Source of the DNA: an uncultured Gemmatimonadales bacterium
GTDB taxonomy: Bacteria; Gemmatimonadota; Gemmatimonadetes; Gemmatimonadales; GWC2-71-9
NCBI GenBank assembly: GCA_963771275.1
Contig: CAVYSW010000011.1
Location: 64,001 to 128,000 of the forward strand
Reading direction: 5' to 3'
DNA length: 64,000 nt
The translations under genes and the position numbers were made by a program. This document shows positions 58,246 through 64,000 of this stretch, in pieces (the stretch's first letter is position 1; each line of letters starts with the position of its first letter). Under the pieces are notes generated by a model, which worked only from the letters and a program-made list of their open reading frames with translations, did no database searches and was not told the DNA's origin.

Positions 58246-58566
58246 TTGCCAGACCCCCATTCCTCCGGGCAGCCGGCCGACCTGGCCCGGTCGCTCGGCG
58301 CGATCGTGGAGCAGGAGGCCAGACGGATGCTGTCGGCCGCCGCGCTCCAGGGCGACCCGCGGCTGCTCGCGGAGGGCTGGGAGCGGCGCTTCATGACTGA
58401 CGGGGCGCGCGCCCAGGAAGCGGTGGAGCTGTACGCCGCGCTGGGCTACGAGGTGCGCGCCGAGCCGGTCCACCGCGACGACGTGGCGGAGGACTGCGAG
58501 GAGTGCCAGCTCCTGATGCTGCTCAAGTTCGCGACGATCTACACCCGCAAGCGGGGCGCCGCGTAG
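58246..58566 (+). CDS. Small hypothetical protein with CxxC
   Basis: AGGAG RBS before TTG 58246; GWERRF..AVELY..LGYEV..EP..CEEC..IYTR. Confidence 0.65.
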   Translation: MPDPHSSGQPADLARSLGAIVEQEARRMLSAAALQGDPRLLAEGWERRFMTDGARAQEAVELYAALGYEVRAEPVHRDDVAEDCEECQLLMLLKFATIYTRKRGAA

Positions 58567-58575
58567 GCCACGGCG

Positions 58576-59655
58576 CTAAGCGCGCGCCAGCTGCCGCACG
58601 ACCATGTCGCCCATGGCGGAGGTCGCGATCCCGCTCCGCGCGTCGGCCGAGGGCACGGCGCCGCTTGCCAGCAGATCCGCCACCGCTCGCTCGACCCGCG
58701 CGGCGGCCCGCGCCTCCCCGACGAAGTCGAGCATCATGCCTACCGCGCCGATCGCGCCGAGCGGGCACGCCACGTTCTTCCCCGCGTGCTTCGGCGCCGA
58801 GCCGTGGATCGGCTCGAACATCGAGGTCTTGCCGGGGTGGATGTTGCCGGACGCCGCGACCCCCATCCCGCCCTGCAACATCGCGCCGAGGTCGGTGATG
58901 ATGTCCCCGAACAGGTTGGCGGTGACCAGCACGTCGAACCACTCCGGGTTCTTGATCATCCACATGCAGCAGGCGTCGACGTACGCGTGATCCGTCCCGA
59001 TCTCGGGGAAGTCCCGCGCCACGGCGGCGAACGCGCGGGTCCAGATGTCCTGCGGCCGGACGGCATTGGCCTTGTCCACGAGCGTCACCTGGGCCTTGTG
59101 TCCCGGGCCGCGCTCCGCGGCGCGCTTGCGGGCCACCTCGAAGGCGTAGCGCGACGCCCGCTCGCAGCCCTTCCACGTGTACACGCCGTTGACGAGCGCC
59201 ACCTCGTCCGGGGTGCCCTTCTTGAAGTGGCCGCCGATCTGGGAATACATGCCCTCGGTGTTCTCGCGCACGACCACGAAGTCGATGTCGGCGGGCTGCT
59301 TCCCCTTGAGCGGGCAGAGGTGCTCGGCGTACAGCTTGATCGGGCGGAGGTTGATGTAGAGATCGAGCCCGAAGCGCAGGCCCAGGATGACCGAGCGTTC
59401 CACCAGGCCGGGCTCGACGTCCGGGTGCCCGATGGCGCCGAGCAGCACCGCGTCCAACGTGCGCCACTCGTCGATCACCGAGTCCGGCACGAGCTCCTTG
59501 GTCCTGAGGTAGTACTCGCCGCTGTAGGGGTACTCGACGAGCTTGTACTGAAAGCCCTCCGTGGCCGCCACCGCGTCGAGCACCTTGAGCCCCTCGGCCA
59601 GGACCTCCGGGCCGATGCCGTCCCCGGGAATCACCCCGATATCGTACGAAGCCAT
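58576..59655 (-). CDS. leuB: 3-isopropylmalate dehydrogenase family (beta-decarboxylating dehydrogenase)
   Basis: IPGDGIGPEV, LYINLRP, VVRENTEG, VDKANA, NLFGDIITD, MFEPIHGSAP. Confidence 0.82.
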   Translation of the reverse strand: MASYDIGVIPGDGIGPEVLAEGLKVLDAVAATEGFQYKLVEYPYSGEYYLRTKELVPDSVIDEWRTLDAVLLGAIGHPDVEPGLVERSVILGLRFGLDLYINLRPIKLYAEHLCPLKGKQPADIDFVVVRENTEGMYSQIGGHFKKGTPDEVALVNGVYTWKGCERASRYAFEVARKRAAERGPGHKAQVTLVDKANAVRPQDIWTRAFAAVARDFPEIGTDHAYVDACCMWMIKNPEWFDVLVTANLFGDIITDLGAMLQGGMGVAASGNIHPGKTSMFEPIHGSAPKHAGKNVACPLGAIGAVGMMLDFVGEARAAARVERAVADLLASGAVPSADARSGIATSAMGDMVVRQLARA

Positions 59656-59820
59656 GCGTTCTCCCTCGCCGTCGCGAGGCCGAAAGTTGTAGGGAAGAGC
59701 GCTCCGCCGCGAGGGCCGGCCCGGGGCCCCGGCCGGCCGCGTTGTGGGCCGCCAGCCCGGAGCGCATCTTTGTGCGGGGACAGCGGGGTGTGCCCGCCCA
59801 TGAGGAAGGAGACGTCACCC

Positions 59821-60525
59821 ATGCGATGCAAACGCTGCGGCCACGAGACGGCCGACACTGACAAGTTCTGCGCCGAGTGCGGACTGTTCCTGCGAGACGC
59901 GTTCGTCGACCACCGTCTGCTGCACGCGCTGGTCACCGAAATCGGAGGGAAGCACCGCGAGGCGCGACGAGAGCTCGAGCGCCTCGTCGAGGCCGAGCCC
60001 GACCACGTGCTGGCGAACCACCTGCTGGGCCGGATGTACTTCCACCAGGGAACGCTCGACCTGGCGATCGAGCGGTACCAGAAGGCCCTGGAGCTCGCCC
60101 CCCACTTCGTGGTCTGCTCGTACGACCTGGGCGTGGCGTACTACCATCGCGGCAACATGCCCGAAGCCGTCCGCGCCTATCGTCGCTGTCTCGAGATCGA
60201 CCCCAACTACAACGCCGCCCACTACCGCCTCGCGATCGCCCTGTTCCACACCGGCGAGCTGGATCAGGCGTTGGAGAGCTTCGAGAAGTGCACCGCCCTC
60301 ACGCCGGAGTACCTGATGGCGCGCTACCACATCGGCGTGATCTACGAGCGCATGGAGCAATGGGACGCGGCCGCCCGGGAGTTCCAGCGCAGCATGGACG
60401 AAGTGGTCGAGGACGTGAGCAGCCTGTACCACCTGGCGGAGTGCTACAAGCGCAAGGGCGATCCGCAGAAGGCGGCGAAGCTGCTCGAACGGGCGCGCCA
60501 GTTCCGCCGCGCCGCCGTGCCCTGA
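59821..60525 (+). CDS. Zn-ribbon plus TPR protein
   Basis: CKRCG..FCAECG then about 5 TPR units; AGGAG RBS. Confidence 0.8.
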   Translation: MRCKRCGHETADTDKFCAECGLFLRDAFVDHRLLHALVTEIGGKHREARRELERLVEAEPDHVLANHLLGRMYFHQGTLDLAIERYQKALELAPHFVVCSYDLGVAYYHRGNMPEAVRAYRRCLEIDPNYNAAHYRLAIALFHTGELDQALESFEKCTALTPEYLMARYHIGVIYERMEQWDAAAREFQRSMDEVVEDVSSLYHLAECYKRKGDPQKAAKLLERARQFRRAAVP

Positions 60526-60532
60526 GGACGCC

Positions 60533-61774
60533 ATGACCAGCGCCCTCCCCGAGGACCGGCTGATCTACGACTGGGCGTCCGCCGACGAGTCGCGGCCGCG
60601 CCTGGCGATGCTGGACGACGAGACGCTGCGCGACGGCCTGCAAAGCCCCTCGGTCACGGACCCGCCCACCGAGGTGAAGATCCGGATCCTCCACCTGATG
60701 GACAGCCTCGGCATCGAGACCGCCGACATCGGGTTGCCGGGGGCGGGGCCGCGCCAGCGCGACGCCGTCGAGCGGCTGTGCCGCGAGATCGCCGACAGCC
60801 GTCTCCGCATCAAGGCGAATTGCGCGGCCCGCACCATGATCGTCGACATCCAGCCGATCGCCGACGTGGTGCAGAAGACCGGCGTTCCGATCGAAGCCTG
60901 CGTGTTCATCGGGAGCAGCCCCATCCGGCAGTACGCGGAGGAGTGGGACCTGCAGCACATCCTGCGCCACACGCGGGAGGCGGTGGGGTTTGCGGTGCGG
61001 GAAGGTCTCGACGTGATGTACGTGACGGAGGACACGATCCGGGCCAGGCCGGAGGATCTGCGGCTGCTGCTCACCACCGGGATCGAAGCGGGCGCCAAGC
61101 GGCTCTGCCTGTGCGACACGGTGGGCGCCGCGGTGCCCTGGGGCGTGCGGCACCTCGTGTCCTGGGTCGGGAAGCTGCTCGACGAGCTCGGCCTGGCCGA
61201 TCGCATCGGCATCGACTGGCACGGCCATCGCGACCGGGGGCTCGACGTCGCCAACACGCTGGCGGCGCTCGCGGCCGGCGCCACCCGCGTGCACGGCACC
61301 GCCCTCGGAGTCGGCGAGCGGGTGGGCAACACGCCGATGGAGCAGCTGCTGGTGAACCTCAAGCTGCTCGGCTGGCGGAACGACGACCTGTCGGGGCTGC
61401 CCGACTACACGGAGACCGTCTCGCAGGCCGTGGGCGTGCCGATCCCGGTGAACACGCCGATCGTGGGCCGGGATGCGTTCCGCACCGCCACGGGCGTCCA
61501 TGCGGCCGCCGTGATCAAGGCCCAGCGCAAGGGTCAGTCCTGGCTCGCGGACCGCGTGTACTCGGGCGTGCCGGCAAGCTGGGTGGGGCGGCAGCAGGAG
61601 ATCGAGATCGGGCACATGTCCGGCAACTCGAACGTGCTGTTCTTCCTGCGCGCCCGCGGACTGCCCGACGCGCCGGAGGTCGTGGAAGCGGTGCTCGCCA
61701 AGGCGAAGGAGTCCGAGCGGCTCCTCACCGAAGAGGAGATCCGCGACGTGGTCCAGCGGGTCGCGAACCGGTAG
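60533..61774 (+). CDS. leuA: LeuA family (2-isopropylmalate/homocitrate synthase-like), no C-terminal regulatory domain
   Basis: DETLRDGLQ, LCDTVG, WHGHRDRG, GVGERVGN; only 413 aa. Confidence 0.78.
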   Translation: MTSALPEDRLIYDWASADESRPRLAMLDDETLRDGLQSPSVTDPPTEVKIRILHLMDSLGIETADIGLPGAGPRQRDAVERLCREIADSRLRIKANCAARTMIVDIQPIADVVQKTGVPIEACVFIGSSPIRQYAEEWDLQHILRHTREAVGFAVREGLDVMYVTEDTIRARPEDLRLLLTTGIEAGAKRLCLCDTVGAAVPWGVRHLVSWVGKLLDELGLADRIGIDWHGHRDRGLDVANTLAALAAGATRVHGTALGVGERVGNTPMEQLLVNLKLLGWRNDDLSGLPDYTETVSQAVGVPIPVNTPIVGRDAFRTATGVHAAAVIKAQRKGQSWLADRVYSGVPASWVGRQQEIEIGHMSGNSNVLFFLRARGLPDAPEVVEAVLAKAKESERLLTEEEIRDVVQRVANR

Positions 61775-61827
61775 CGGGCACCTGTGCCCGACCGCCGTGA
61801 CGAGCTGCCGGGTCAGCAGCAGGAGGA

Positions 61828-63567
61828 ATGCACGTCATGCAGCTGATGTCCGGCAACGACGCCGTCGCCCGCGGAGCGTGGGAGGCCGGCGTGGCCTTCG
61901 CGGCCGGCTATCCCGGGACGCCGAGCACCGAGGTGCTGGAGCGCCTGGCGACGTACGACGAGGTCGACGCCCACTGGTCCACCAACGAGAAGGTGGCCTT
62001 CGAAGAGGCGATGGGCGCGGCGCTCGGTGGCGTCCGCAGCATGGTCACCATGAAGCACGTAGGCCTGAACGTGGCGGCCGACCCGTTCATGGTGTTCCCC
62101 TACGCGGGCACCAACGCCGGGTTCGTGGTCCTCGTGGCCGACGACCCCGGCATGTACTCCTCGCAGAACGAGCAGGACAGCCGCTACTTCGCCAAGGTGG
62201 CCAAGGTGCCGCTGCTGGAGCCCGCGGACGCCGCCGAGGCCAGGAGCCTCACCGCGGCGGCGTTCGAGCTGAGCGAGCGCTTCCGGACACCGGTGATGCT
62301 CCGCACGACCACCCGCCTGGCGCACACCCGCAGTCCGGTCGAGCCGGGCGGGCGCGCCGAGGCGGCGCGCCAGCCGTTCTCCCGCCAGGTGAGCCAGTAC
62401 GCCATCCCGGTGTACGCGCGGTTCCGCCGAGTCGAGCTGGAGGAGAAGCTCGGCCGGCTGCGGCAGTTCGCCGAGGAATTCCCCGGTAACGTGATCGAAG
62501 ACGGCGGCACGACCGTCGGGGTCGTGACCCACGGCATCCCCTACCAATACGTGAAGGAGGTGTGCCCCGACGCGAGCGTGTTCAAGCTGGGCATGCTCTA
62601 CCCGCTCCCCGCGCGGCGGCTCAAGGAGTTCTGCGCCCGGTTCAAGACCGTGTTCGTGGTCGAGGAGAGCGAGGGGTTCATCGAGCAGGAGCTGGCGAGC
62701 TTCGGGATCACCAACGTGATCGGGAAGGCGCGATTCACCAACGTCGGCGAGCTGAGCACCGACCTGGTGGCCCAGGGGCTCAACGGCACGCCGGTCACGC
62801 CCGATTTCGCCAAGGAGATCGCCGTGCTGCCGCGGCCACCCGTGCTGTGCGCCGGCTGTCCCCATCGTGGCGTGTTCACTACGCTGAGGAAGCTCGGCGT
62901 CCTGGTCACCGGTGACATCGGCTGTTACACGCTGGGCTGTCTGCCGCCGTACGAAGCGATCCACACGACGTTTTGCATGGGGGCGAGCATCGGCAACGCC
63001 ACCGGGTTCAACCGGGCGGGTGAGGATCGCGTGGTGGCGGTGATCGGGGACTCGACGTTCCTGCACAGCGGGCTCGCCGGCCTGGTGAGCGCCGTCTACA
63101 ACCAGGTGCCGACGACCGTGGTGCTGGTGGACAACGGCACGACGGGCATGACCGGCCACCAGGAACATCCCGGCACCGGGCACACCCTCAAGGGGAGCCC
63201 CGCCCCCGCGGTGAACTACGAGGCGCTGATCCGGGCGATCGGCGTGGAACACATCGAAGTGGTAGACCCGTGGGATCTCGCAGCCACCGAGCGCGCCATC
63301 CGGGCGGGGCTCGACCACGCCGGTCCGGCCGTGGTCATCGCGCGGCGGCATTGCCGGCTGCTGCCGGTCGAGAAGACCGAGGCGCGCGTGCCGTACCGCG
63401 TGGCGCTCGAGGATTGTGTGCTGTGTGAGGAATGCATGGCATCGGGCTGTCCCGCGCTGGTGTGGGCGGACGACGGGCCGCACATTCACGCGTGGGAGTG
63501 CGCAGGCTGCGCCTTGTGCGCGCAGCTGTGCCCGACCGAGGCGATCGTGGCCACGGAGGTGGCGTGA
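61828..63567 (+). CDS. iorA: Indolepyruvate:ferredoxin oxidoreductase alpha subunit
   Basis: GYPGTPSTE, NEKVA, MKHVGLNVAAD, SSQNEQDSR, LCAGCPHR, GDSTFLHSG, C-terminal 2x[4Fe-4S]. Confidence 0.93.
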   Translation: MHVMQLMSGNDAVARGAWEAGVAFAAGYPGTPSTEVLERLATYDEVDAHWSTNEKVAFEEAMGAALGGVRSMVTMKHVGLNVAADPFMVFPYAGTNAGFVVLVADDPGMYSSQNEQDSRYFAKVAKVPLLEPADAAEARSLTAAAFELSERFRTPVMLRTTTRLAHTRSPVEPGGRAEAARQPFSRQVSQYAIPVYARFRRVELEEKLGRLRQFAEEFPGNVIEDGGTTVGVVTHGIPYQYVKEVCPDASVFKLGMLYPLPARRLKEFCARFKTVFVVEESEGFIEQELASFGITNVIGKARFTNVGELSTDLVAQGLNGTPVTPDFAKEIAVLPRPPVLCAGCPHRGVFTTLRKLGVLVTGDIGCYTLGCLPPYEAIHTTFCMGASIGNATGFNRAGEDRVVAVIGDSTFLHSGLAGLVSAVYNQVPTTVVLVDNGTTGMTGHQEHPGTGHTLKGSPAPAVNYEALIRAIGVEHIEVVDPWDLAATERAIRAGLDHAGPAVVIARRHCRLLPVEKTEARVPYRVALEDCVLCEECMASGCPALVWADDGPHIHAWECAGCALCAQLCPTEAIVATEVA

Positions 63568-63568
63568 C

Positions 63569-64000
63569 ATGCCCGTGACCAACGTGGTGATCGCCGGGGT
63601 GGGCGGCCAGGGTGCCGTCCTGGCGAGCGAGCTGCTCGCGCTGGCAGCCATGGCGGCCGGCCAGGACGTGAAGCAAGGGGAGTTCCACGGGGTGGCGCAG
63701 CGGGGGGGCGCGGTATTCAGCCACGTGCGCTTCGGGGAGCGGGTGCATTCCCCGATGGCGCCACGCGGGCAGGTCGATTACCTCGTCGCGCTGGAGCTGC
63801 TCGAGGCGCTGCGCTACGCCCATTTCGTGCGACCGGGCGGTACGGTCATCGTGAACGACCACCGCGTGGAGCCGATCCGCGTCGGGGACCGGCGCCCCTA
63901 TCCCGACGACGCGCCCGGGTTCCTGCGGAGCAAGGGCTTCAACGTGGTCGTGCTCGACGCCACGCAGCGGGCGCTCGCGCTGGGGGACCACCGCGCGGCC
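63569..64000 (+). CDS. iorB: Indolepyruvate:ferredoxin oxidoreductase beta subunit (runs off the window end)
   Basis: Translated by hand: MPVTNVVIAGVGGQGAVLAS..EFHGVAQRGGAVFSHVRFG. Confidence 0.9.
   Translation, partial: MPVTNVVIAGVGGQGAVLASELLALAAMAAGQDVKQGEFHGVAQRGGAVFSHVRFGERVHSPMAPRGQVDYLVALELLEALRYAHFVRPGGTVIVNDHRVEPIRVGDRRPYPDDAPGFLRSKGFNVVVLDATQRALALGDHRAA

Overview
A very GC-rich, gene-dense bacterial chromosomal window, probably from Gemmatimonadota. That taxonomy is inferred from gene content (Ser/Thr kinase-TPR, VPS10/BNR propeller, many secreted TPR proteins) and is not proven. I saw no rRNA, tRNA, CRISPR array or transposase. Three anaerobic redox modules stand out. (1) 3.7-12.9 kb: a six-gene Ehr (energy-converting hydrogenase-related) complex whose large subunit lacks the Ni ligands, bracketed by two HTH-PTS EIIA fusion genes. 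Next to it is an AT-rich promoter island and a small Q-P-P-K-P-G repeat ORF. (2) 29.1-36.2 kb: a five-gene operon that reads as a self-contained trans-envelope electron wire, comprising a His-rich inner-membrane protein, 20-heme and 17-heme cytochromes c, an outer-membrane beta-barrel, and a membrane-anchored Fe-S/FAD NADPH oxidoreductase that looks like a circularly permuted thioredoxin reductase. This is the best candidate for an undescribed system. (3) 48.0-58.6 kb: a TetR-led anaerobic benzoyl-CoA pathway (had, oah, SDR, thiolase/DUF35, dch, four class I benzoyl-CoA reductase subunits, small CxxC protein), followed by leuB/leuA-family genes and iorAB. The rest is housekeeping or catabolic. 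Three apparent +1 frameshifts suggest assembly indels.
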